Virus record (IMG/VR): IMGVR_UViG_3300028591_000076
Coordinates: 175,842 to 239,841 of that record
Length of the DNA stretch: 64,000 nucleotides
Source: a virus
Taxonomy: Duplodnaviria; Caudoviricetes
Reading direction: 5' to 3' (one strand)
The notes under the pieces are model-generated. The model did no database searches, was not told the origin of the DNA, and was given only the letters and a program-made list of their open reading frames with translations. The position numbers were made by a program, and so were the translations under genes. Positions 52,254-61,442 of this stretch are shown piece after piece (the first letter of the stretch is position 1; each line of letters starts with the position of its first letter).

Positions 52254-52476
52254 AATTATTAATATAAAGCGACTTTGAAACTGTTGTTAGTCCATACCTC
52301 TTTGAAAAAGGAAATTTCCAAACCCAAAAAGCGGTAATGGAATTAAAATTTTCTTCTTTTAACTTATCTTTACATAAATCAAAAGCAGTTTGTTTATTCC
52401 ATTTTTTCAATGGAATATCTCTTGAAACACACTCGCCCGAACTTGTAATGCAAAAACACTTTAGTATATTCCTCAT
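52237..52476 (-). CDS. hypothetical protein
   Basis: GGAG RBS. Confidence 0.6.
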   Translation of the reverse strand: MRNILKCFCITSSGECVSRDIPLKKWNKQTAFDLCKDKLKEENFNSITAFWVWKFPFSKRYGLTTVSKSLYINNCGAMW

Positions 52477-52552
52477 AAATGCTCCGCCTATTTTCTTATT
52501 ACACTAATAAATAAAATTTCACATACAAATAATACAACTAAAGCTACCGTAA

Positions 52553-53305
52553 TCATTCTAGTCCCCTTACTTCAAATATAGCATCTTTTTTTAATTTTTT
52601 TGCCAAGTCTACCTCACCTAATTCATCAACTTGCTTAGCTTGCTCTAAGCAACTTTTACATACACAATCGCAATAAACGCCTATAGACGTCGCTCGAAAT
52701 TGAACTTCGAAATTAGAAACAGCTATAGTAGCTCTACTAACTTCATTTTTATGATACTTTTTATAATGCTTATTCTCCCACTTAGAAACTTTATCAGACT
52801 CTTCTTTAGTAAGAGAAAATAAATGGTCATATGCTGAACATGGCATTTCTACTTTTTTAATAATAGTATAATTATTTGGATTATACGTATGTAAATTATA
52901 ATACTCATTTACCGCTTTTTCAAGAATATTACTAATAAAAGATACTGTATCGTAGATAATATTACTATCACGTTTAGATATATCAAAAATATTATTTTTA
53001 TCTGGTATATCCTCATAATTAACTTTATATATTATATTATTATTATAGTCTATATTATAAAAATTACCGTTAGCATGAATATAAGATGAAAAGCTAGATG
53101 GGATATTATTAATAAAATAATTCTTATCTTTATCATCCATATTTAACTGTTCTATACCATTTTCCAGCTCATTAAAAATCTGTGTACTTAAATATTCATG
53201 TTTTATAGTATCAGACATTACCGCACGGCCATTCTCAAAGTTCATGCTACTCATACTTTGACTTTTGAGATATTTAGAAATATCCATGATATCATTAAAG
53301 TTCAT
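52553..53305 (-). CDS. hypothetical protein
   Basis: 250 aa; C-terminal F.ATSIGV...CxCxxC. Confidence 0.75.
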   Translation of the reverse strand: MNFNDIMDISKYLKSQSMSSMNFENGRAVMSDTIKHEYLSTQIFNELENGIEQLNMDDKDKNYFINNIPSSFSSYIHANGNFYNIDYNNNIIYKVNYEDIPDKNNIFDISKRDSNIIYDTVSFISNILEKAVNEYYNLHTYNPNNYTIIKKVEMPCSAYDHLFSLTKEESDKVSKWENKHYKKYHKNEVSRATIAVSNFEVQFRATSIGVYCDCVCKSCLEQAKQVDELGEVDLAKKLKKDAIFEVRGLE

Positions 53306-53767
53306 TTAATTATCATCCCTATTAAAAAGTATTTCTTCAAAAGTAAATATTTCTTCATCTACCATATACTTTAAGTCTAAAATATAATCTTTAGTATATT
53401 TATAAATTTCTTTTCCATTTCTACTAGACGTTGTATACTTGCTAATACACAATGTAATACCACTTGTACTAGCCCAGCTTTGTAAATAATCCCAAAGTTC
53501 ACATCTACCAGAAGACGTATTTATAGGTAAAAAAGCCATAGGGTCTAGAGCATATATTATTAAACGACTCCCAAAAACTTCGGCAGTAACAAATGCAGCT
53601 GAAGCCACAATATCTATAGCACGATTAAAAGCTTCATTATTAGCATCATCACCTTTTCTACCAAATTCTTCTTCTACTTTTTTACTAAAAAACTTAACAA
53701 CTTCATTCATCATAGACTCAATAAAGTTTATTAAAGTTCTATCTGATAATGATAACATATATAACAT
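53306..53767 (-). CDS. hypothetical protein
   Basis: ORF in operon. Confidence 0.7.
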   Translation of the reverse strand: MLYMLSLSDRTLINFIESMMNEVVKFFSKKVEEEFGRKGDDANNEAFNRAIDIVASAAFVTAEVFGSRLIIYALDPMAFLPINTSSGRCELWDYLQSWASTSGITLCISKYTTSSRNGKEIYKYTKDYILDLKYMVDEEIFTFEEILFNRDDN

Positions 53768-53778
53768 CCTCTATATAA

Positions 53779-54546
53779 TTATATACTAAACTTACTTAGC
53801 TTTTTATCAAAGTTTTCACTATTAATTATATCATAAAAATAGGCTTCGCCGTCCGTCTCTATACCAGCATATATAATGGATAAAACTTTATCTCTATTCT
53901 CTTCAGTTACCAAATTTACTTTAGTAAAACTATTATGAATATCCTTATTTATAGCATATAAGCAGTTATCTGTGTACCATTCAACTTGCTCAATTTTATT
54001 CATTTTAGCAACTTTTATTGCATCATCCCAGTCTAATATAAAATTAATAGGATAATCTACATACTTTTCAAGATTTGCCTCAGCTATAGATAATATAAAA
54101 TCAGAGCCCTGTCCCACTATAAGGCTCATATCTATAAGATATTGCTTATTATTTATAACTGGAGTTCTAATAATAATTCTACTAGATGGAAATGTATGAC
54201 CTATATCTTCCATAAAGTAGTTAAGATGGCTAAAAAGGTCTTCAAGTGAATGCATAGCCTCAACATATCTGGATAATGAATTCTTTTTATTTCCAGTTTC
54301 TTCTAATGCTTTTTTTTGCCAGTCTTGTGGTATCAAATATTCCCAAGCGCTATATTGAATATCTTCCAAGTATAAGCCTATAGGATTATTTTTTACAAAT
54401 TGGTCAACAAGATATAAAATTAAATAATATTCATCGGACCCTACTGTATAAGTCTTTTTCTTAAATTTTTCTTCTTTTTGCTTTAGCTCTGCAACTAGGT
54501 TATTAATAAAACTCTCTGTAAGGCTCTTATTCATATTATTTGTCAC
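53779..54546 (-). CDS. hypothetical protein
   Basis: ORF in operon; VGQG motif. Confidence 0.75.
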   Translation of the reverse strand: MTNNMNKSLTESFINNLVAELKQKEEKFKKKTYTVGSDEYYLILYLVDQFVKNNPIGLYLEDIQYSAWEYLIPQDWQKKALEETGNKKNSLSRYVEAMHSLEDLFSHLNYFMEDIGHTFPSSRIIIRTPVINNKQYLIDMSLIVGQGSDFILSIAEANLEKYVDYPINFILDWDDAIKVAKMNKIEQVEWYTDNCLYAINKDIHNSFTKVNLVTEENRDKVLSIIYAGIETDGEAYFYDIINSENFDKKLSKFSI

Positions 54547-55063
54547 CTATAGTAATATCACTATAAATTATATTATCAAATGCACTTTCATCATATTCTA
54601 TGCTAGCTTTGTCTCTTAAACGTAAATCTTCTTCTGATATATTATCTCTCTGAATAATACGTTTTTTACGAAGTTCCTCATCACATTTAATAAGAATTTT
54701 TTTATCGCACATATTAAAATATTGTGTATGCGGTAATAAAATCCAATCTAAAACAATTCCATTATTACTATAAGCTCTAATGTACTTATCTATAATAATC
54801 TTCATTTTATCCCAAGTAATATCCGCAAGCTGTTTCATTTCATTATTGCGATTAGCAAAAACTAACTCACCTAACTTTTTCCTATTTGTGCTTGAAACTT
54901 CGAGTCCAAACTTTTCTTTAATCTGATTCCTTATTTCAGGGTCATCAAGAATTTTATGTCCGATCTCGTCAATATCAAGATAAAACATATTATGGTCTTG
55001 AGCATATTTTTCAGCATAAGTAGACTTACCTACACCACTCTTTCCCGTTACACCAATAATCAT
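54536..55063 (-). CDS. coaE: dephospho-CoA kinase
   Basis: IIGVTGKSGVGKST, DIDEIGH, NRKKLGELVF, RKKRIIQRD. Confidence 0.88.
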   Translation of the reverse strand: MIIGVTGKSGVGKSTYAEKYAQDHNMFYLDIDEIGHKILDDPEIRNQIKEKFGLEVSSTNRKKLGELVFANRNNEMKQLADITWDKMKIIIDKYIRAYSNNGIVLDWILLPHTQYFNMCDKKILIKCDEELRKKRIIQRDNISEEDLRLRDKASIEYDESAFDNIIYSDITIGDK

Positions 55064-55632
55064 TTATCTTTTCCTTTTCCCCAAGTCTTATCATAATAAT
55101 TATTTACATAATCCAAGACTTTATCATAACTAAGTGAATTATCTTTATTATTAAAGCTATAAGTTACACTAAGTCCGCTTGGATCATAAGGCAAATATTT
55201 CTTTACACTTATGCCATTTTTCATAAATGTATAAACCATAGTTGAAGAAATTTCTGTATTATCTGCTCTAAAATAAATAGTTTCGATATTTTTTTCAACT
55301 TCTTTATTAAATTGTGCTAGCCCTTCTTCATAATTATAATCCATATTATTTCGAAGACCACGAATAATATAATTACAGCCTAAGCCTTTAGCAATTTGTG
55401 CGGGGATAGTTAATTTTGATTCACAGACCTTTACTTTATCTGTAAGCTGTAATTCTTCAAGTGTTTTAATAATACAATAAAGAGAACAACTTTCGTCAAA
55501 ACGTCTCTTTTTTGCTGGATTTTGGGAGATAACAATAACTACAGTATCAAATATCTTTATAGCTTTTTTAAGTACAGATAAATGGCCATTTGTAAATGGA
55601 TCAAAACTACCCGGATATAATGCACTATTCAT
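55060..55632 (-). CDS. coaD: phosphopantetheine adenylyltransferase
   Basis: ALYPGSFDPFTNGH, NPAKK, IIRGLR...DYNYE...N, ETIY, ISST. Confidence 0.93.
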   Translation of the reverse strand: MNSALYPGSFDPFTNGHLSVLKKAIKIFDTVVIVISQNPAKKRRFDESCSLYCIIKTLEELQLTDKVKVCESKLTIPAQIAKGLGCNYIIRGLRNNMDYNYEEGLAQFNKEVEKNIETIYFRADNTEISSTMVYTFMKNGISVKKYLPYDPSGLSVTYSFNNKDNSLSYDKVLDYVNNYYDKTWGKGKDK

Positions 55633-55637
55633 ATTAT

Positions 55638-56114
55638 TTAATATCTCCTTTCTAACTTTTTTATATTGTTCCTTATATACTGGACCAAGCCTCGCCTATA
55701 TTCTATATATCCTAATTCTTTTAAGTTTTCAATAGTATTATACTTATCTTGATATTCCCTAAAGTCCCTAGTATTAATATGACGATATCCAGTTTCTGGA
55801 TTATTAGTATATAAACTTAAATTTGCTAAAATACGATTAATTGTACCCTCATAGATATCATCATTTAAGTATGCGCCAAGACACATTTTATTTTTATAAA
55901 TAATATCTGCAAACTTTTTATCCATTATATTTATGTTACGTTTTAATATTGAGTCATAAAAATTATATTCATAATCATCATCCGCATCTTGTACTTTTTC
56001 CAATGCTTCTTTTGTCTCTACTACTAGAGAGTCCGCCTGACCTAGCATAAAGTTTGTTAGTACATCATAATCATGTATTAGTCTGGCTACTAAAACGCTA
56101 TCTTCCGTAATCAT
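55638..56114 (-). CDS. hypothetical protein
   Basis: First gene of leftward operon; TACATATT upstream. Confidence 0.7.
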   Translation of the reverse strand: MITEDSVLVARLIHDYDVLTNFMLGQADSLVVETKEALEKVQDADDDYEYNFYDSILKRNINIMDKKFADIIYKNKMCLGAYLNDDIYEGTINRILANLSLYTNNPETGYRHINTRDFREYQDKYNTIENLKELGYIEYRRGLVQYIRNNIKKLERRY

Positions 56115-56158
56115 AATAAAAATATGTAATTATTCATCTTTATACATATTATTATAAT

Positions 56159-56443
56159 ATGATAGACGTTACATTAGTAAAGAATGCTATATCAAAATAT
56201 CTAGTTTATTATAATGATACAATAAAGCTAAATGAGACTTATGAAATTCATTTTATTATACCAGATATAAAAATTGTTAACTTAAAAACAGGACGAATGT
56301 ATAATTTAGAGGATAATCTTTCTTGTATTAATGTAGATAAAGAAATGTATGAAAACTTATTGCCAGAATATCCGCTTATTCATGAATTAATAAAAAAATG
56401 GTATGATAATTTTATAAAGTATGAGGAATATTATGAAATATAA
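56159..56443 (+). CDS. tandem-array small protein 1 (tail EEYYEI)
   Basis: First of 10 co-oriented ~85-110 aa ORFs. Confidence 0.75.
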   Translation: MIDVTLVKNAISKYLVYYNDTIKLNETYEIHFIIPDIKIVNLKTGRMYNLEDNLSCINVDKEMYENLLPEYPLIHELIKKWYDNFIKYEEYYEI

Positions 56444-56747
56444 TTCAGATTTATTATTAGAACTTATAAAATTCGAAATAACCCAAAATAAAATTATTAA
56501 ATTTGACAAAATTAAAATTCATATTAAAGGTGATAAAATATTTTTTAAGAAAAAGCTGAATGATGGTAGATATATATATGAAGATATAGACACAATGGCT
56601 ATTCTTATTACTCAATACTTAAACAGCCAACAGCTTGATTATACAATAAATGATATATATAAGACTTCTCTTATAGTTTCTTTATGGAAACCCTTAAAAG
56701 AACTTTATGATAAATACTTATTAGAAAAAGAATATTTTAATGTATGA
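56433..56747 (+). CDS. tandem-array small protein 2 (tail KEYFNV)
   Basis: Start MKYN after GAGG. Confidence 0.75.
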   Translation: MKYNSDLLLELIKFEITQNKIIKFDKIKIHIKGDKIFFKKKLNDGRYIYEDIDTMAILITQYLNSQQLDYTINDIYKTSLIVSLWKPLKELYDKYLLEKEYFNV

Positions 56748-57052
56748 CAAATAATAAAAATGAGCAATATGTAGATGGCATATTAAATAATATTCGTCTT
56801 CATATTAATAATAATGGTGATATAAAATTTAATAATGCAGTTATATCATTATTTGGTGGTAGTCCTGTTGTTAGCATAGATAATAGGTCTGGCTATAGTA
56901 TATGTGCTCTATTAAACTTTTATTTAGAAAATGATGACATTAATAAAGCAATGGAAGATTTAGAATATTCACAAGAAGTTAAACAAATGCTTAAGTCTAT
57001 CCTATATTATGTGTTAGAACATTATGATAATACTGATAAATATTTTAGTTAG
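56744..57052 (+). CDS. tandem-array small protein 3 (tail DKYFS)
   Basis: Similar to protein 5 (YVDGILN/YIDGIVN; GSPV/GYPV). Confidence 0.75.
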   Translation: MTNNKNEQYVDGILNNIRLHINNNGDIKFNNAVISLFGGSPVVSIDNRSGYSICALLNFYLENDDINKAMEDLEYSQEVKQMLKSILYYVLEHYDNTDKYFS

Positions 57053-57057
57053 AGCTT

Positions 57058-57339
57058 ATGGACCGTATAATAGCGAATAAAATAATTAAAGCCTTAAAAA
57101 AAGCAGTATATGATTATGGTAAACTTAAGATAAATGAATCTATGACGGTTGTTGTAAATTCAGATGGGAAAGTTTTTGCTTCCTTAGACTATTCGTTCGA
57201 AGTTTATGATATAGAACAAATTCTTACCTATAGAAAGGAAAAAGATTATATGCCCTCAAGTTCAGCTATAGACCATATAATACATGATATAAAAAATTGG
57301 TACCAACATTATAGTATAGAAGATAATTATTATATATAG
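57058..57339 (+). CDS. tandem-array small protein 4 (tail EDNYYI)
   Basis: DIKNWYQHYSIEDNYY similar to protein 6. Confidence 0.75.
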   Translation: MDRIIANKIIKALKKAVYDYGKLKINESMTVVVNSDGKVFASLDYSFEVYDIEQILTYRKEKDYMPSSSAIDHIIHDIKNWYQHYSIEDNYYI

Positions 57340-57348
57340 GATAAATAT

Positions 57349-57669
57349 ATGAAAAAATGTTATGAAAGCTATATAGATGGTATTGTAAATGAAATACAAT
57401 CTGAGCTTAGTCTTAATAAAAAAGATATCATAATTGATAATAAATATATTATAACACTATCCAGTGGATATCCCGTTATTAAAAATAACGAGCCTAAAGA
57501 AGCGCCAGCATTTCTCTTATATGTAGTATTAAGGCTTTTTTTAACAGATGATGACCCTATTGAAGCTATTAATAAATTGGGTAAGTCTGATAAGACTAAA
57601 AACTTATTAAAGGCAACAATTAAATATATAGAAAATAAATATGATATTGCTGGTAAATACTTTGGCTAG
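57349..57669 (+). CDS. tandem-array small protein 5 (tail GKYFG)
   Basis: Array member. Confidence 0.75.
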   Translation: MKKCYESYIDGIVNEIQSELSLNKKDIIIDNKYIITLSSGYPVIKNNEPKEAPAFLLYVVLRLFLTDDDPIEAINKLGKSDKTKNLLKATIKYIENKYDIAGKYFG

Positions 57670-57712
57670 CTTAACTTACCTAGCTAAGTAAAAATATAAT
57701 AGTAATAGAAAT

Positions 57713-57982
57713 ATGATGGAAGAGATAGTTAAAACATTAAACAAAGAACTTAGTAGTATAGGAGAAATTAGTCTAAATATAACTATACCATTCACTATAA
57801 ACTATTATTGGGGTTATATGAAGATTATAAAGGATGAAATCTCTCTTGACGTTGATGACCTATTAATATATCGTGATATTAGTGAGTTTCCAGAAAGATA
57901 TCGTAATATGTTAAAAATAATTAAAAGTGACATTTTAATCTGGTATCAAACATATATTTGTGAGGATAATTATTATTTATAA
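57713..57982 (+). CDS. tandem-array small protein 6 (tail EDNYYL)
   Basis: DILIWYQTYICEDNYY. Confidence 0.75.
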   Translation: MMEEIVKTLNKELSSIGEISLNITIPFTINYYWGYMKIIKDEISLDVDDLLIYRDISEFPERYRNMLKIIKSDILIWYQTYICEDNYYL

Positions 57983-58266
57983 TGAGTATAATAGACCTTT
58001 GTAATTTTCTAACTGAAGCATATTCAAATAATACTGATATCTATTTTAATGATGTAGCACTAATAAATACGCCATATAACGACTTATGTTTCATTTATGA
58101 TGGCAATATGGTATCTTTAAGACGGCTAGTAGGGCTTATTATAAATAAGAAAAATAATACATTACCTAAGGATATTTTAATGTCAGAATATGCTATATTA
58201 AAGAGGGCATATAATTCTATATTAGATTGTTATATGGATAGTATTGAGGACAGCTATTATGGATGA
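57982..58266 (+). CDS. tandem-array small protein 7 (tail EDSYYG)
   Basis: Array member. Confidence 0.75.
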   Translation: MSIIDLCNFLTEAYSNNTDIYFNDVALINTPYNDLCFIYDGNMVSLRRLVGLIINKKNNTLPKDILMSEYAILKRAYNSILDCYMDSIEDSYYG

Positions 58267-58549
58267 TGATATAAATACTAATATACGACGATACATTAAA
58301 TGGTATATTAATAATGTCTGTAGCACTATTTATTATAAAAATATTGAATTTAGACTTTATTATTATAACTGGCTTCTTCATATAGCAGCAGTAATAAATG
58401 ATAATCAAATGGACATATCAGTAGATAATATATTCGGCTTTAATACAGAATATACAAAAGAAGAAATAATAGTAAAACAATATTTAACAGACTGGTATAT
58501 AAAAGAATGTGAAAAAGAAGGTGCAGAGTATGAATTGGGACTTATATAA
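58259..58549 (+). CDS. tandem-array small protein 8 (degenerate tail)
   Basis: LTDWY helix retained; start moved to MDDD. Confidence 0.65.
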   Translation: MDDDINTNIRRYIKWYINNVCSTIYYKNIEFRLYYYNWLLHIAAVINDNQMDISVDNIFGFNTEYTKEEIIVKQYLTDWYIKECEKEGAEYELGLI

Positions 58550-58784
58550 AAATATAGTAAAAGCATATAATGAGAACGGTCCATTTTATATAAGTAAAAA
58601 CCCTAAAATAAAAATTGGTGAGTCCGATTTTCATGGCACTTCATACTTTGTAGTATATATAGACGCAGGTATAATAAAGCTTGAACAGTTATTAAAGAGT
58701 GCTAATATAAAAAACCATATACTTGATAAAATAACTGAGTGGAATTATACTTATAATCTAAAAAAAGATTACTTTAGCGATTAA
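58530..58784 (+). CDS. tandem-array small protein 9 (tail KDYFSD)
   Basis: Start moved to MNWD. Confidence 0.7.
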   Translation: MNWDLYKNIVKAYNENGPFYISKNPKIKIGESDFHGTSYFVVYIDAGIIKLEQLLKSANIKNHILDKITEWNYTYNLKKDYFSD

Positions 58785-58790
58785 AAAATT

Positions 58791-59126
58791 ATGGAAAACG
58801 ATTTAGAAATACTACAGAACATAATACAAAATGAATATAACAATAATAAAAATATACAATTTGGCGATATTAGTGTATACAAAGATAATAATAATACCCT
58901 TTATTTTTATTATTCAGTGCCTCCGGATAAGCAAGAAGATGAAAAAATCACAGAGATAGCATTATGTAAAATGGATATTGTATTAGACCTAATAGTTAGA
59001 AAAATGCATGGTAGTCTTGATAATACGCCCTGTAGTATCCTTTATTTAGAGTTAGTAAATGATATATACGAGCATATATATAATCTATATAAAGAATACA
59101 TAAAAGAAAAAAACTATTACATATAG
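58791..59126 (+). CDS. tandem-array small protein 10 (tail KNYYI)
   Basis: Array member. Confidence 0.75.
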   Translation: MENDLEILQNIIQNEYNNNKNIQFGDISVYKDNNNTLYFYYSVPPDKQEDEKITEIALCKMDIVLDLIVRKMHGSLDNTPCSILYLELVNDIYEHIYNLYKEYIKEKNYYI

Positions 59127-59169
59127 GTAATATAGATATAATAACAGCAAATAATACCTATATATACTA

Positions 59170-59460
59170 TATAGGATCGCGTTTTTGGGAACTTTTTGTG
59201 CACGGACCTTACTCAAAAATTGAGACTGCGTTTTCCGGTATCGAGTCGTTTCTGTATAAAAAAGTGGCTTCGGCGAACAGGCGCCGAAAATGTTTGAACT
59301 CGGAGTCACTTTTTCCGGAGAATTCTGCCTGGTAAACGGAGTTGAAAAGATTTATCCCGGAAGAGTCGAGCTCTAGAGAATTGGCCCAGACCGATGATCT
59401 TGTAGAGTTTTGGAGTAGGATAACGAAGTCTGGGACTTATGTACTAGACTAACTTAGTTC
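59170..59460 (+). ncRNA. putative structured non-coding element (RNA or ssDNA hairpins)
   Basis: GC-elevated; three long stems whose G-T wobbles only pair on the + strand. Confidence 0.5.
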
Positions 59461-59501
59461 AAGAAAATATGTATATACAAATATAGTCTATTACAATGTT
59501 G

Positions 59502-59529
59502 GACCGGTTTTTTAGGCCGGTCGTTTTTG
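59502..59529 (+). terminator. intrinsic terminator
   Basis: GACCGGTT-TTTA-GGCCGGTC then GTTTTTG. Confidence 0.7.
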
Positions 59530-59805
59530 TTATTGGATGTTTGACTTCAAGAATGTTCGGTATGATTTGAAGAATACATCTTTAGATATACCGAGTTTAT
59601 TGTAGTCACAATCGTTTGTTCTTGTTTCTGGAACCGGAGTTGGTTGATGACCAGGACCGAATTGTTTCTTAACGATGTTCTGAGTTTTACGGTCGAGATA
59701 CTTGAGATCAAAACCAATCAGTCTGTCTGTTCCTTCGTGAACGACTGCGACACGTCTCGGTTTCTTTTCGCCTTTAGCATTGATGTAAGTAAAAGACATA
59801 ATCAT
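59530..59805 (-). CDS. small WYL/SH3-like protein
   Basis: FTYINAKGEKKPRRV...LIGFDL...YRTF pattern; GGAGG RBS. Confidence 0.6.
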   Translation of the reverse strand: MIMSFTYINAKGEKKPRRVAVVHEGTDRLIGFDLKYLDRKTQNIVKKQFGPGHQPTPVPETRTNDCDYNKLGISKDVFFKSYRTFLKSNIQ

Positions 59806-59930
59806 AATTAAAATCCTCCGTAATGATTTTGTTTGTTCTTATACATATAATATGTAAAGTAATAAGAAAAAACGTAAAACTTCTAGAAAAATTATTTCTA
59901 ACTTGACTAGAAGTTTTTTATATAGAAGAT

Positions 59931-60302
59931 TTATTTACAAAGAACTTTACCTGACAAGTCTTCAACATAGTGATATACTCCGCCGAACATATCTGAGTTG
60001 AGAGCGAGTTTACAGATAATAAATTCTACTGAATCTTTACCAAGAGAGTATTTGATTTCAAACAGATTATTGTTTCCGATATTATGATGGTGAGTAACAC
60101 GGTCTGTGATAGTGAATTTTGTATTCTGTTCACTCATCATTTTGTTAAGTGTGTTTTTAATATCAGATACTTCGAGTCTGTAACATCCCCAGGAATATTG
60201 TCTTGGTGTACGTTCGACAGCTTTAGAGTAGTTCTTTTTATACCAGTCAACAAAGTCTTTGGTTCGTTTTGTTTCGTCGTTATAAACGATCATCTGTTTC
60301 AT
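59931..60302 (-). CDS. hypothetical (putative early) protein
   Basis: GAGGTG RBS, TACATATT upstream. Confidence 0.75.
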   Translation of the reverse strand: MKQMIVYNDETKRTKDFVDWYKKNYSKAVERTPRQYSWGCYRLEVSDIKNTLNKMMSEQNTKFTITDRVTHHHNIGNNNLFEIKYSLGKDSVEFIICKLALNSDMFGGVYHYVEDLSGKVLCK

Positions 60303-60484
60303 AATTCACCTCGTTGATTAGAATATGTAGAAATTTAATCAGATGTGTGGAACAAATAAACTTTGGAAATTACGTAACTGTTTGGCGGAAAATATGTCAT
60401 TCAAGAATAGGCTGCCACATCCGGTATTGGACCAATTTTTATTTTCAAAGAACCGAGCCGAAGCCCGATTCTTTACTTACTTAA

Positions 60485-60673
60485 CTAAAGTTCTTCTTGT
60501 TCAAATTCCCAACCGTATTCGTGTTTATCTGTATCAATATCGATCTCATCGTCATCGTAATCTTCTTTTAAGAAGTTCATTCTTTCTTCTTCCGACTTAA
60601 AAGAATATTCTGCTGAGCTCAGAGCCATTCCGTCTTCGTAACTACATACGTATCGACATGTGAAAATTGTCAT
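60485..60673 (-). CDS. small acidic protein
   Basis: AAGGAAGG RBS; D/E-rich C-terminus. Confidence 0.7.
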   Translation of the reverse strand: MTIFTCRYVCSYEDGMALSSAEYSFKSEEERMNFLKEDYDDDEIDIDTDKHEYGWEFEQEEL

Positions 60674-60953
60674 AATCTAACCTTCCTTATAAGTTTGATT
60701 TGTTCTTATATTTATAATATGTTAAAATTAAATCAGAAGTATAAGAAAAATTAAAATTTATTTTTATGTTTTTTCTTGTTTTATTACATATAAACCCATT
60801 ACCCCAAGACCTTAAACCTTAGGTCCACTGGAATAACTGGTTTCGAAATTTAGAACAAACAAACCGTCTCGTTAGGTTATAATTAGAATATGTAAAATTA
60901 AATTCGGTTATACAAAGATCTCTGCAGTTATACTCATCCTGCTTACTCTGCTC

Positions 60954-61442
60954 TTACCAGGACCTGCTGGAATAACGTTTCATTTCTTCTTTCGAACAGT
61001 CATGATAGCATTGATAATCTTCGCCTTTATACTCTTTATCGAAGTATTTCCTTGCATCAGATACAGTAGGGAATTCTGACTTATCGAAAGCATGATATTT
61101 TACAAAACCAAGGTCATCACATGCTTCAATTACCCAGTAATTTTTATCAAATTTGTCCTTACATTCCCGTACGAACTTCTCTGGCCAATTAAATCCCGGA
61201 TGGTTTTTATAGAAGTCATAGAAAGTTTTTTTGTCGTCATTCCTAACGCCCTTGAGTGTCGCGAAATATACAGAAACAGCAATCTTCGCCTGTTCCTGAG
61301 ACATATTTGGACCATACCTCATAAACCAGCTGATAGTTTTATCTGGCTGTTCGCTTATACAAAAAGATGATACATCATCTGTGATTTCGTTAATAACGAA
61401 TTGTTTTTGTTCCAGTGTTAGTTTATCTGTTAATTTTCCCAT
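60954..61442 (-). CDS. hypothetical (putative early) protein
   Basis: AGGAG RBS. Confidence 0.75.
   Translation of the reverse strand: MGKLTDKLTLEQKQFVINEITDDVSSFCISEQPDKTISWFMRYGPNMSQEQAKIAVSVYFATLKGVRNDDKKTFYDFYKNHPGFNWPEKFVRECKDKFDKNYWVIEACDDLGFVKYHAFDKSEFPTVSDARKYFDKEYKGEDYQCYHDCSKEEMKRYSSRSW

Noticed and set aside
59190..59510. Polylinker-like run of 6-bp palindromes (GTGCAC, GGCGCC, TCCGGA, GAATTC, GAGCTC, TCTAGA, ACCGGT)
   Set aside because: About 1 in 64 positions starts a 6-bp palindrome by chance, so about 5 are expected in this length; 7 is not convincing
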